NCBI RefSeq assembly: GCF_000372725.1 | Contig: NW_005202428.1 | Coordinates: forward strand, 62,001 to 126,000 | Direction: 5' to 3' | Length of the DNA stretch: 64,000 bases | Source: Emiliania huxleyi CCMP1516 | Taxonomy: Eukaryota | In this document: positions 1-11,299 of the stretch, in pieces | How positions within the stretch are numbered: position 1 is the stretch's first letter | Layout: each line of letters opens with the position of its first letter | The notes under the pieces: generated by a model | Told to the model about the DNA's origin: nothing | The model's database searches: none | What the model saw: the letters and a program-made list of their open reading frames with translations, nothing else | Made by a program: the position numbers and the translations under genes

Positions 1-1993
1 GGCGATGGCTGCCGGAGCGGTCGGCGACCAGGCCGGCAACAACGCGGCCGACGCGTATGATCTGACGTGGGGCCGCTGCGTCGGTTGGTGCGTCAGCCTC
101 GCCCTTTTCGGTTTCTTCGTCGCGATTCCGTTGCGTAAGAAGCTCGTGGTCGACTACCAGCTGCTCTTCCCCTCGGGAACCGCCGCGGCCCACCTCATCC
201 AGAACCTAAACGCGCCCGACGGTGCCGCGTCTGCGCTCGCGCAGTGGACGCGGCTGCGGAGGTACCTTGGCCTCTCCTTCACCTGGTCCGCCTTCAAGTG
301 GGCCTTCACCCTCGAGCGGTGGCCGCTGTTTGGCATGGCAGCCTTTGAGCGCTACGGCTGGGAGACGGGCTTTCACGCTGGGTACGTCGGCACCGGGCTC
401 ATCATGCCGCTCCAGGTGTCCCTCTCGATGCTCCTCGGCGCGGTGGTCAGCTGCGGCGTCATGGCTCCCTACCTGCAGAACCATCGTGCGGACTACACCT
501 GTCCGCTGGCCGGCGCGGGCAGTGGCGTCGATTGCGTCCTCAAGCAGGGCAAGTGGTACAACGGCCATCTCGATGCGGGCGGCTCCATACACGGTCAGTA
601 TGGGTACAAGGTCTTCACGGCCCTCTCCATCATTCTGGTGGACGCCGTCATGAACTTGGTCAAGGTTACCGCCAAGATCATTTGCGACCTCCGCGCCCCG
701 GCGGGCAATGCGTCGCTACCAAGCAAGGCGGCGCAAGCGCCAGACCAAGGCGGGAAGGGCGGCGGCGGCGGCGATTGCGGGCGGGCCAAGAATAGCAGCG
801 GCCATGACGCCGAGAAGGACCGCATCTTTTGCAGCGAGGCGGTGCCTGCGCGGCTGTGGCTCGGCGGACTCGCGGCGTGTGGCGCGCTGGCAATGGTGCT
901 GCTGCCGCGCCTCTTCGACGTGACCTGGTACATGGTCTTCATCGCGCTGCTTTGCGCGCCGCCCTTCTCGGTCGGCATCATCTACGGCACCGGCCTCACG
1001 GACCACAACCTCGCGAGCGCCGTCGGCAAGCTCGCGATGTTTGCGTTTGGCCCAGCGGGGAACGGCTCCATCACCCCCGCCCTCGTCATGTGCGGCCTTG
1101 TCATCTCGGTCTGCTCTCAGGCGACGGACCTGATGCAGGATTTCAAGGCGGGATATCTTGTCCGGGCGCGGCCCCGGGCAATGCTTGTCGCGCAGCTCGT
1201 CGGCGCGCTGTTCAGCTCCATCATGGCGCCGTCGCTCTTTGCGCTGTACATACGCGCATTCGAGATTCCGGGCCCAGTCTACAAGGCGCGAGCCGCGCTT
1301 GTCCGCTGCACCCGACGCGCTTCAATGTGCGGTCGCGTTCCCACTCCGCTCCCGCCCGGCGTTGCGTGCAGGCGCCCTTTGGCCGCGTTTACCGCGCAAT
1401 GGCCATCGTCGCCACCAGTGGCCTCGACGCACTCCCCGCGCACTGTTGCAGCCTCTGCGCCGCCTTTGCCGCCTTTTCCTTTGCCGTCGCTGCCGCCGCA
1501 GAGTCGCCTCGGTGCAGCGCGATCAAGCCGCTCCTCCCCTCCCCGCTGGCGATGGGGGTGGGCGTGCCTTCTCGGGACCCATTCAATCGGCTACCCATCT
1601 CTTCTCACCCAAGACATGTGCGCAGGTGGGAATGTACCTTGGGACGTCGCTTGCCGTGGACTCCACCGTCGGCGGGCTGATCGCCCACCACTGGAGGACC
1701 TCCGACCCAGCCGGGTGCGTGCGCGGAGCTCGCCATCACCAACAACCGTGAGGAGACGCCACTCGCAACGCTTGCCCTTAGGTATGCTGCCTTCTACCCC
1801 GTCGTCGGCAGCGGCCTCATCGCCGGAGAGGGGCTCTGGTCGCTGCCTCAGGTGTCATCCGCTCCACTCCCTCCTCCGCGCTGACGACAAGCCCGGGTCT
1901 CACCAGACACTGGTGTGCGTGGCATAGGTGCTGCTCGCAATCGCGCGGGTGAAGCCGCCCGTCGCAATCGGCTTCTCGAGCGGTGGAGCGTGA
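1..1993 (+). CDS. YSL/OPT-family oligopeptide or metal-chelate transporter (5'-partial, spliced 3' end)
   Basis: The ORF carries YSL motifs LFPSGTAAAHLI, YVGTGLI, SMLLGAVVS, YGTGLTDHNLASAVGKL, ATDLMQDFKAGYL and RAMLVAQLVG. It continues through short GC/GT-AG introns to a last exon VLLAIARVKPPVAIGFSSGGA* (TGA at 1991-1993). Confidence 0.85.
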
Positions 1994-2408
1994 GGCGGGG
2001 GCGCAGGGAGGAGGAAGGCTGCGTGCGTATCACGCAACAATGAGTATCGCCCAATGTTGCGGCAACTGTGCGCAGCCGTCCGTGGCATCCACGTACCACG
2101 ACGCAGCCGCACCAGCTGAGCCGCGTCGTCTCCGCTCGCTGCACTGGTCGCCATCATGCAGCCGCGCGGCCTTGCCCACCACGTCTCTCCCGGCTGAGGC
2201 GAGAGCGCGAGCAAGGGGCAAGGGCACAGCTCCACCCGCGAGGAGTTACGTGCGAGGATTTTTTCACATGAGCCTTACTTTCCCGGGGTATGGTATGGTA
2301 CCATCGGCGGCCCAAAGGCGTGGGTCCTGACCGCCCAAGACTAGCCCTACCATACTACCCCAAGGCCAAGCAGGTCTGCCAGAGGCGGGGGGATATGGTC
2401 TTGAGCTG

Positions 2409-2547
2409 GGATTGATGGATGGGAAGGCGAAACACAGTCCGACCAACGACTGGGACACCAACGCGGTACGGGTGGTAGGTAGGTAGGTAGAAAGGTGAAG
2501 AACAGCCAGGCTCGGACTGGACACCAACGCGGTATACGGGTGGACGC
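2409..2547 (-). mobile_element. Dispersed repeat family A (SINE-like); other copies at 13866-14005, 30695-30738 + 31678-31698, 34072-34203 and reverse-oriented 60540-60657
   Basis: Shared core GAAGAACAGYCAGGCTCGGACTGGACACCAACGCGGTATGGGTGGACGC, adjacent to (GTAG)n, (GTAT)n or (GTTAG)n microsatellites. Confidence 0.75.
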
Positions 2548-2773
2548 AAGACGTACCATACCACACCGGCAAGAGGCCCCAACCCTGTTGGCGCGAGGCG
2601 TTGGGCGGAGCGCAAGGCGGCGTTGGAGGATCGAGTGCGCCGCTCCGCCGCCGCCGCTCCGCCCCCCGCCCGCGACGCGCCCGTCCACCGTCGCTGCTCA
2701 CGCCGCGCGCCCTCTGCCGAGATTCAGCCGCGTGCGCCACCACGACGCCGCCGCGGCCGCTCGCTTAGCAGGC

Positions 2774-5700
2774 ATGAGTCTCGCGTTCGACGAGTATGGG
2801 CGCCCCTTCATCATCATCAAGGAGGGCGAGGCCAAGGGGCGGCTGAAGGGCCTCGAGGCGCAGAAGGCCAACATCCTCGCCGCCAAGGCCCGCCGCACTC
2901 TCCACGCCCGCCGCGGCGCCGTCACCTCTCGCCGCCTCTTGTTGCGCCACACGCCGATTCGCCGCCCTCTCCCCACCCCCCGCCGCCCGCGCAGGCCGTT
3001 TGCAACATCCTCAAGACGTCGCTCGGTCCCAAGGGCATGGACAAGATGCTGCAGTCGCCGGACGGCGACGTGACGATCACCAACGATGGCGCGGCGCCGT
3101 GAGGCGGGAGGCGTGCGGGGCGGGGCGGGGCTTGAGATGACCTCGTCGGGAGCGGTGCGCGTAGGCGCGACGATTCTCGAGCAGATGAAGGTCGAGCACC
3201 AGATCGGCAAGCTCCTCGTCGAGCTCTCCAAGTCGCAGGACGATGAGATCGGCGACGGTACCACCGGCGTGGTCGTGCTGGCGGGCGCGCTGCTGGAGAA
3301 GGCCGAGGCGCTGCTGGACCGCGGGATCCACCCGATGAGAGTGGCGGAGGGCTTCGACCGCGCATGCGCGATTGCGGTGGAGCACCTCGCCTCCATCTCG
3401 GACACCTTCTCGTACTCGCTCGACAACACCGAGGCGCTCGTCGAGGTCGCCATGACCACGCTCGGCGCTCCAAGACTGCCGCCCGCGCTGCGCTCGTCCA
3501 CGAAAGACACGCCCACGACACGCCCACGACGCGCCCCGTAGGTGCGCCGACTCCGCCCTCTCCGCGCTGCGCTCGTCCACGACACGCCCACGACACGCCC
3601 GCACGGCGTGCGCCGTAGGCTCCAAGATCGTCAACCGCGCGCACCGGAAGATGGGGCAGATCGCCGTCGACGCGGTGATGGCCGTCGCCGACTTCGAGCG
3701 CAAGGACGTGAACCTGGACCTGATCAAGATGGACGGCAAGGTGGGGGGCTCGCTCGAGGACACGACCCTCGTGCGCGGCATCGTCATTGACAAGGACATG
3801 GCGCACCCCCAGATGCCGAAGGACCTCAAGGACGTCAAGCTCTGCGTGCTCACCTGCCCGTTCAAGCCCCTAGAAGAAGAACACGGAGGCATGGACCCCA
3901 ACCAGCGCTCGAGAGGACACGTACTCAGCCGTATTCACCCGTATTGAATTCCGCTGTATGCACTGTCTTCGCAGCCCCTCGTACTCACGCGGTGCTCTGA
4001 AGACGCTGCACAGTACCGTCCTCCCGCCCCTCCTGTCGGCGTAATTCACGCATGTCGGCGTACTTCACGCAGGTTCGAGCCCCCGAAGCCAAAGACGAAG
4101 CACAAGCTCGAGCTCGAGTCGGTCGCCGCCTTCGAGGAGATGCAGGCCAAGGAGAAGGACTACTTCACGCAGATGATCCGGCAGGCGCGTGCACTCTCTG
4201 CTACTCACTCTCTGCTAGCCCTCGTGTGCTCACACCACCACACTGCCGTGCCCGAGCCTTGCGTGCATGCGTGCGGCGTCTGTGCGTGTGTGGGAGAGAC
4301 GCTGTTGTCGTCTGCGCGCGGGGCTTCCCGCGGGGGAGCCGAAGACGTATCCCCCCCCCCCCCCCCCTCTCCGGCAGGTGAAGGACGCCGGCGCCAACCT
4401 GGTCATCTGCCAGTGGGGCTTTGACGACGAGGCGAACCACTTGTTGATGCAGAACGAGCTGCCCGCCATCCGATGGGTATGCACGTAAGAGCTACAGACA
4501 CTGAGAGAGAGAGAAAGAGAGAGCTAAAAGTACGAAACCGGTACTACCCGGGGCGGCGTCAGCTTTGTTCGCAGGATCTGTCCACGACACGTCCACGACA
4601 CGTCCACGACACGTCCGCAGGTTGGCGGCGTGGAGCTCGAGCTGATCGCCATCGCGACGGATGCGCGCATCGTCCCTCGCTTCGCGGAGCTGACGGCGGA
4701 CAAGCTCGGTTTGGGAGAGAGGGGGGGAGATGGGGGGGAGAGAGATGGGGGAGAGATGGGGAGATGTGACGGCGGACAAGCTCGGTTTGGGACGGAGGGG
4801 GGGAGAGGGGGGGGGGGGGGATGGGGGGGGGAGATGGGGAGATGTGAGGCCACGCGCACGAGGAGGCGTGAACAGCGTCTGTTCACACCTCCTGCTGTGA
4901 ACAGGCTCGGCGGGCCACGTGCACGAGGAGGCGTTCGGGACGACAAAGGACCGGATGATCGTGATCGAGGGCTGCCCAAACTCGCGCGCCGTCACCGTCT
5001 TTTGCCGCGGAGGCAACCGGATGGTCCTCGACGAGGCGAAGCGCTCGCTGCACGACGCGATCTGCGTGGTGCGCGATCTCCCCATCTCCCCCCCCCATCT
5101 CTCCCCCCATCTCTTCCCCCATCTCTCCCCATCTCTCCCCACCCCTCCCCATCTCCCCCCATCTCCCCCCCATCTCTCCCCATCTCTCCCCCATCTCTCC
5201 CCACCTCTCCCCACCTCTCCCCACCTCTCGCTGCACGACGCGATATGCGCAACGCCCCTCGTGGCCTCTTCGCACCCCCTCATCACACCCTCTCTTCACA
5301 CCCTCTCATCACACCCTCTCCTCACACCCTCCCCCCCCCCTCTTCACACCCTCCGCCGCCGACAGGTGCGCAATCTGATCCGGGACAACCGGATCGTGTA
5401 CGGCGGCGGCGCGTCGGAGATTGCGTGCTCGCTCAAGGTGTGAACAGCGTCTCTTCACACCTCTTGCTGTGAATAGGCGCGTCGGAGATTGCGTGCTCGC
5501 TCAAGGTGTGAACAGCGTCTCTTCACACCTCCTGCTGTGAATAGGCGCGTCGGAGATTGCGTGCTCGCTCAAGGTGTCTGAGGCGGCGGACCAGGTCCGC
5601 ACCATCGAGTTGTCACCATTCTTCTGATTGGTAGGAGTAGCAGCAGCAGCAGCAGTTGTCCTGCTCATCTCATTATTGCCACTATTATTACTACTGCGAC

Positions 5701-6125
5701 TATTGTACTGCAGTATTGCCATTCCCATTACTGTTCTCAACGACCAGGTCGGCACCATCTCCCCATACCTCCCCCATATCTCCCCCATATCTCCCCCATA
5801 TCTCCCCAACAACCAGGTCGGCACCATCGAGCAGTACGCGATGCGAGCCTTTGCGGATGCGCTCGAGCAGACGCCGTGTGCGCTTGCCGAGAACTCGGGG
5901 CTGCAGCCGATCGAGACGGTGGCGTCCGTCAAGGCTGACCAGGTGTCGAGCGGGCGGTCGTACCTGGGCATCGACTGCAACCAGGCGGGCACCAACGACA
6001 TGAAGGAGCAGAAGGTGTTCGAGACGCTCATCGGCAAGCAGCAGCAGCTCATGCTCGCCACGCAGGTTGTGCGCATGATCCTCAAGATTGACGATGTCAT
6101 CGAGCCCGCCGCCTTCAACGGCTGA
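2774..6125 (+). CDS. CCT5: T-complex protein 1 subunit epsilon (CCT5), multi-exon
   Basis: Motifs [102 protein letters not shown] and [15 protein letters not shown] appear in order across the exons. Confidence 0.95.
3860..4072 (+). mobile_element. Introner-like intron, copy 1 (in CCT5)
   Basis: GT...AG intron whose removal restores TCP|FEPPKP. It is collinear with the intron at 38220-38427 (shared CCCTAGAAG start, identical CACGCGGTGCTCTGAAGACGCTGCACA, and a GGCGTACT...CACGYAG end). Confidence 0.7.
5409..5573 (+). repeat. 68-bp tandem unit = 29-bp exon copy + 39-bp hairpin element; a similar 67-bp x3 array lies at 50045-50245
   Basis: GCGCGTCGGAGATTGCGTGCTCGCTCAAG occurs three times, separated by GTGTGAACAGCGTCTCTTCACACCTCYTGCTGTGAATAG. 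Confidence 0.92.
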
Positions 6126-6496
6126 CGGCCTCCCCCTCCGCTCTACCCCCTTCTGACTCTCCCGCCGCCGCGACCGGGCGCAGGGTGGCGGGGGGGCGCC
6201 GCCCGCGCCGCGCGAGCGAGACGACGGGCAGCGCCGCGCACACGCCCCTGCGAGCGAGCGCGCGAGGTACGGTTCTCTGGAGAGAGACTCAAACAGCGCG
6301 GTGAGGCCCCGCGAACAGAGGTTGAGAGAGTCTATCAGTGTGCTCTATATCGGAGTATAGTATGACTACTGAGTACTGTAAGAGGGGCGGGCCTCCTAGA
6401 TATCGTCATACGAAGCTGCTGCTGGGAGCTCAGGAGCGCTGCTGCCGTGCTCGAGACCTCGAGTGCGACTGAGGCATGGCTGCACTGAGGTGGTGG

Positions 6497-6593
6497 TGCA
6501 CTTGGAGCACTTGTGCGTTGTGGAGTGCAGCCATCAACCTCACATCCAGGGCCGGGGAGCTAAGAAGCGCACCCAGCGGGCCCCTCGGATGAT
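6497..6593 (+). repeat. Dispersed repeat D, second copy at 53385-53469
   Basis: Shared TGCACTTGGAGCACTTG...CATCAACCTCACATCCAGGGCCGGGGAGCTAAGAAGCGCACCCAGCGGGCC. Confidence 0.88.
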
Positions 6594-7198
6594 CGTCGAG
6601 ATCCTATCGGGGTTGCGGGCAAGAGAGCCCTAGCCCCCCTGGGGGGGGTGCGCGTTCGCAGGGAAGGGGCCGTAAAGTAAACACGGGTCTCCGAGAGGGT
6701 CTTCACTTGGCTCCACATATACATGTCGAGTCTCTCGAGGTCTCGCGGATGGGCTACCATGGAGGCCTGCTGTGTGACGTGTCCATTAGCTCCGAGAGTA
6801 GGTAGGGTGGCGTTTTGCCGCAGTTACCCGGGACACGGAGCCCCGAGGCGCTCGAGCAGCTCGCGAGCAAGCGGATGGGCTACCGCGAGGTGCTCAAAGG
6901 CGTCCTAGAGGGCGTCAACATCCTCCAGCGGCAAGCACAAGCTCTCACTCAGTCTTATGTTGACGAACATTTATGAATGATCACTTGATTGAGCACATTA
7001 ACGGGGGCCCGACGACCCGACCCTGCGCGCCGCCGCCGCAGCACACACAACTCACAAGCGAACCGAGCGACGGGAGGAGTACGTGACGCAATGGGGCTCT
7101 ATCGTTCCCTCCGCCGGAGGGAGATTGGCCCTGACCCGTCTTTCTCCTTGCTGGACCTAGAACGGCCGCCAGCAAGGAGAAAGTTGTCCCGGTAGCGC

Positions 7199-8350
7199 CT
7201 AGTCACTCCCACCGAGCCTCTCGCCCGTCGCTTCGTTCACGTCTTGCTCTTGTCCCGCCTGCTCCACTTCCTCCGCCGCTGCCTCCTCCACCACCGCCAC
7301 CGGCACTCCCTGCACTGGCGGGAGGTTGCTGCTTCGCACCTGGGGCACGACTGGGGCTCTGACTCTGAACATAGGCACCGTGGCCTCGACGTCGTCTGTC
7401 TCTGAATCCACCTCCTCGTCCATCTCCGCCTCGCGTTGGTCCAGGGCCGCCGCCCGTGCGTCGAGGCGGGCGGCCATCGCCACTAGGTGCTCCAACCGTT
7501 GGTCCAGACTCGCGCTTTGCTGCTCTTGCAACAACTGTGTGGCGCTCTGCGCGGTGGCGGGCTGGGCGGTGGCGGGCTGGGCGGGGGTGGGCTGGGCGGC
7601 GGCGGGTTCTTGGCATCGCTCGAGAGCCTCCAGCCTCGCCTCGTGCTCCGCTTGCTGCTCGACAACAGAGTCGAGGCGGGACTCGAGACATTTACCAGAC
7701 ATTTCCACGTGCCTGTTTGGCGTCTGCTCTGAGGAAGGCAGGCGGGCAGTAAAAGCGGAGAAGGATAGCAGGACGGCAATGAAGGTGGTCAACGTCACGC
7801 AAAGCGCAAGGATTGCCCCAAATTGGCGACCCTCGTCAGGTGGGAGGGGCGCGCACAGTGTTTGGACGACGACGGTTGCGCCGCGGAGGATAATCTCGGG
7901 GAGAAGATTGCCGTGCTTCAGCGGCAATGCGAGATGCATGACGAGGGCCATGCTGAGGCAGAATGCCACCCATGCTTGACTAAACGGATCGTTGACGCTG
8001 AGCGCGAGGAGAACCTTGTTCGACTGCAGCTGCAACGCCCAGAGTGGTGCGGAGCCGGCCGTCAGGAGCTCTGTCCGACGACGCAGGTACCACTCTGGCT
8101 TATTTGTTGCTGCCATGCCCAGTGCGAGCACAGCCACCTGTCCCGCCCTGCTAAGGAGAATCTCGCCCATGCTGTGGAATGCAAGCCCGCCACGAAGCCG
8201 CGCGAAGACCAGGAGCTGCGCGGGGCCGAAGACAACCGTCGCGGCAGCAAACAGGGCGAGCATCGTCCGATCCGCCAGATGCGACGCGCGAGAGGGGTCG
8301 CGTGGCTTCGCGGAGGCATTAGACATGTGCCTGGCTGCCCAGGGCGCCAC
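7199..8350 (-). CDS. Hypothetical membrane protein with C-terminal coiled coil and acidic tail
   Basis: Intronless 383-aa ORF with several hydrophobic segments, then heptad-like LESRLDSVVEQQAEHEARLEALE and AQPAT repeats. No family recognised. Confidence 0.45.
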   Translation of the reverse strand: MAPWAARHMSNASAKPRDPSRASHLADRTMLALFAAATVVFGPAQLLVFARLRGGLAFHSMGEILLSRAGQVAVLALGMAATNKPEWYLRRRTELLTAGSAPLWALQLQSNKVLLALSVNDPFSQAWVAFCLSMALVMHLALPLKHGNLLPEIILRGATVVVQTLCAPLPPDEGRQFGAILALCVTLTTFIAVLLSFSAFTARLPSSEQTPNRHVEMSGKCLESRLDSVVEQQAEHEARLEALERCQEPAAAQPTPAQPATAQPATAQSATQLLQEQQSASLDQRLEHLVAMAARLDARAAALDQREAEMDEEVDSETDDVEATVPMFRVRAPVVPQVRSSNLPPVQGVPVAVVEEAAAEEVEQAGQEQDVNEATGERLGGSD

Positions 8351-8907
8351 TGGCGTAGGTACAGGGGAACGTCAGGGGCGAGGGTGTGCACGCCCTCAGC
8401 CCGGATTCACTATAGCCGTTTCCCGTTCTTCTCATTAGTTCGCTTCCCACAAACATCCCCTTTTTCCGATTTATCCGAGATCGGCGAAGGGTCGCATCTT
8501 CCAATAGGCCAAACCAAAAACGCGATGTGTTTCTGTGAGTAGTTTCACGGAATCTGTGTTTGCGCGAATGCACTGCGTGCGTGCGTGTGTGTGCGGGGCT
8601 CCACATCGTCTGCCATGGTCAGAACGGCGCTGCGACCCTGGTGCGTGACCACAAGGGCTCGAAGGCTAGAAAGATTGACGTCACAAGATGATGAGGGTTA
8701 CACAAGGACAGCCAGGCTACGGTCATCATGGGAGGATGTAGATGTAGGTTTGAGTTCACACTCTCCAACAGGGCGGCTTCTGTCGAGGTCTCGCGAAAGA
8801 AAGAGAGAAAGAAACGGAGAACCCAAGGGAGAGGTCTCGCGATCGGCTTGGCAAGGGTCTCGCGCGCTTTTATTTCTCTCGATAGCTGAGGCCCCTGAGG
8901 CCGCCGC

Positions 8908-10113
8908 GTGATCGTCGACGGCCTCTCCTCCAAGCCCGAGCTCAACGGCAGCCGTGGCATCGCGGTCGGCTTCGACGAGGACAAGGGCCGCTACACAGTC
9001 CGGCTCGATGCGGGTCCGACCATGGCGCTGAGGCCGAGCAATCTCACCGCGGACGGGTCGGCCGACGGCGGTGGCGGCGGCGGTGGTGGTGGCATGCCCG
9101 GCTTTGGAGGCGGCATGCCTGGCTTTGGAGGCGGTGGCATGCCGGCGGGCGCTGCCGCGCAGGCAGCGCAGGCGGCGATGGCACGGCTGCAGGCGATGCT
9201 GCCTCCGGGCGTCTCGCTAGCGCAGGCTGGCGTGGCGATGCTCCTCCTCCTCTACGTTGCGCCGCGCGTGCTCGGCCTCCCACTCCCGCTCGTCCTCTGT
9301 GGCGGCGGCGCAGCCGCGTTCGTGTACCAGTCCGCGCGCGGCGGCGGCGGCGCGAGAGGCGTGGCGGATGGGCTGCGGCGAGGCCTGTCGCGTGCGGCTG
9401 CGGCGGCCGAGGCGACGACCGGGCAGCGCGTGAGCGAGGCGCAGGCGGCCGCCCTCCTCCTCGCTGGCGGCTACATGCTCTGGCGCTTTGTGCTCCGCCC
9501 GAGCGGCGCCGGCGCCGGCAGAGGAGGAGGCGAGAGACACTCCCAAGACGCTGCCCTCGCCCCTCGCTGGCTTGCTGCGGCCGCTGCTTGCACATGCCCG
9601 CAGCTCAGCCTCCCAGTGCGCGCCCCAGTGCGCGCCCACTGACGCCTCCCCGGGGGTCAGGCGAGGGCGGCTTCGGCGACACAGAGTTCGCGGCGTACGA
9701 CAAAGGGTGGAACGATGCGCTCGAGAAGCGAAAGTACGCGCCCGTGCTCGACCCGGTGGCCGCGGAGCCGCGCGCGTCGTCGTCGCGGTGGGGCCTTGGC
9801 TCCCTGTTCCAGGAGAGTCCGCCGCCGCCGCTCGCCGCTCCCTCCGCCTCTGCCTCTCCCTCTGCCTCTCCCTCCGCCTCTCCCTCTGCCTCTGCCTCTC
9901 CCTCTCTCTCTCTCTCTCTCCCCACCCCGCACTCACGCACCCGCCCCCACCCGCGCAGCTCGCCATGGCGGGCACCCTGATCTACCAGATGGGTGCACGG
10001 GCGGGCAGCCGTGAGCGCCGCGAACGCCATCGCCGGCGCACGAAACATGAACCCGATGACGCTCGTCTTCCACCTGCTCAACATGCTGTACGGTTGGGGT
10101 GGCCGCTCACTAA
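8908..10113 (+). CDS. Protein with KOW-like 'GLxSKPELNG...GRYTVRL' domain and TM segments (5' end unclear, possible frameshifts)
   Basis: The domain IVDGLSSKPELNGSRGIAVGFDEDKGRYTVRL...LRPSNL is common in algal proteins and is followed by a Gly-rich linker and hydrophobic helices. The last exon needs frameshifts near 10012. Confidence 0.5.
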
Positions 10114-11299
10114 GCCGTACGTGGACGAATCGAATCTACTTTTTTCGTTATTACCCACACTAAGCGAGTATCCCTGTGCAGTCGGTCTTCGGATCAACGG
10201 CCAGCTTGGGAACCCCCAGACGAAGTGGGAAAAAAAGAGAAAAAAAAAACCTCTGATTGCCGAATCAGCATGTCACTCGTCGTCTCTCTGCTCCTCGCTC
10301 GGCCGGGCGGCGACTCGGGTGGTGCAGAGGCGCCGCCGCTGCGCGTGTGCGCGCACGAGGCGGCGCCAGAGCACGCCTGCTGTCGCCGCCACGGCCCGAC
10401 GCCCGGGGCCGTACGTCGAGTCGGACAAGCTTTTGGCGAGAGCAGACCGAGCATCTTCACCGAGCATCATCGGATCGACCCGCTCTCCTGCAACGAGCCG
10501 CGGGAGGGAGGCTCGTACGATCCGGCTGGAGCGGCGGCGCGTGGCGCGCACATGCCCTGCTCGCCCGCGGCCGCTGATAGCCCCGTGCAGCGGCGGTCCG
10601 GCAGGCTGCCCCCAAGGCCCCCTGGGCCGCTGCGGGTTTTGGAGTTATGCTTTGGCACAGCTTCGGCGATGGCGGCCCCTCTCTGGGGCTTGCATAGGCG
10701 GGGAGTCTCCCCCGCTGGTCTCCTCATTCCCTTTTTTCTTTTTCTTTTGAGAGCAGGACGCCGGGTTTGTCTTGTATGTGCATGTCGGGCCGGGGTGTGT
10801 GTGAGGGGCAGAGGGGCGGGAGCGTGCGGGGCAGAGGCCCAACGTCGGGCGGCTTGTCGGGGTCCGGAGCATTCGAGGGGGGAACGAGGAGGGGAGAATG
10901 GGCGGTCGGCGACGAGTAGAGCGGCAGGCGCGTACGGGGTAGCCGTCACTTTCCTGCCTCACAAGGGCGGGGCTGTCCCGGAAAGTGAGAGACGCCGGGC
11001 AGCGTGGCGCATTACTGAACCCTCCCATACGTGCTCGTGCTCCTCCTTCGCTGTCCCATCTCCCCACCTCTTTCCCGCCTGGGCGGGGCGGTGGGCGGGC
11101 GCGCGGTGCGGCGTGGCGTGTGCGTGTGTGCGACTGCAACGAAGGACCGCTCGCAGAGGACCATTGGGTTTGTACTATTAACAACGAAGGCGCTCTCAAA
11201 AAGAAAAATCCACCGTGAAAAAGAAAAAAACGGCGGCGGAAGGGTCGCATCCATGTGTTGCCGCATCCTTCTGTGCTGAACCTCGATCGATTGCCCAAG

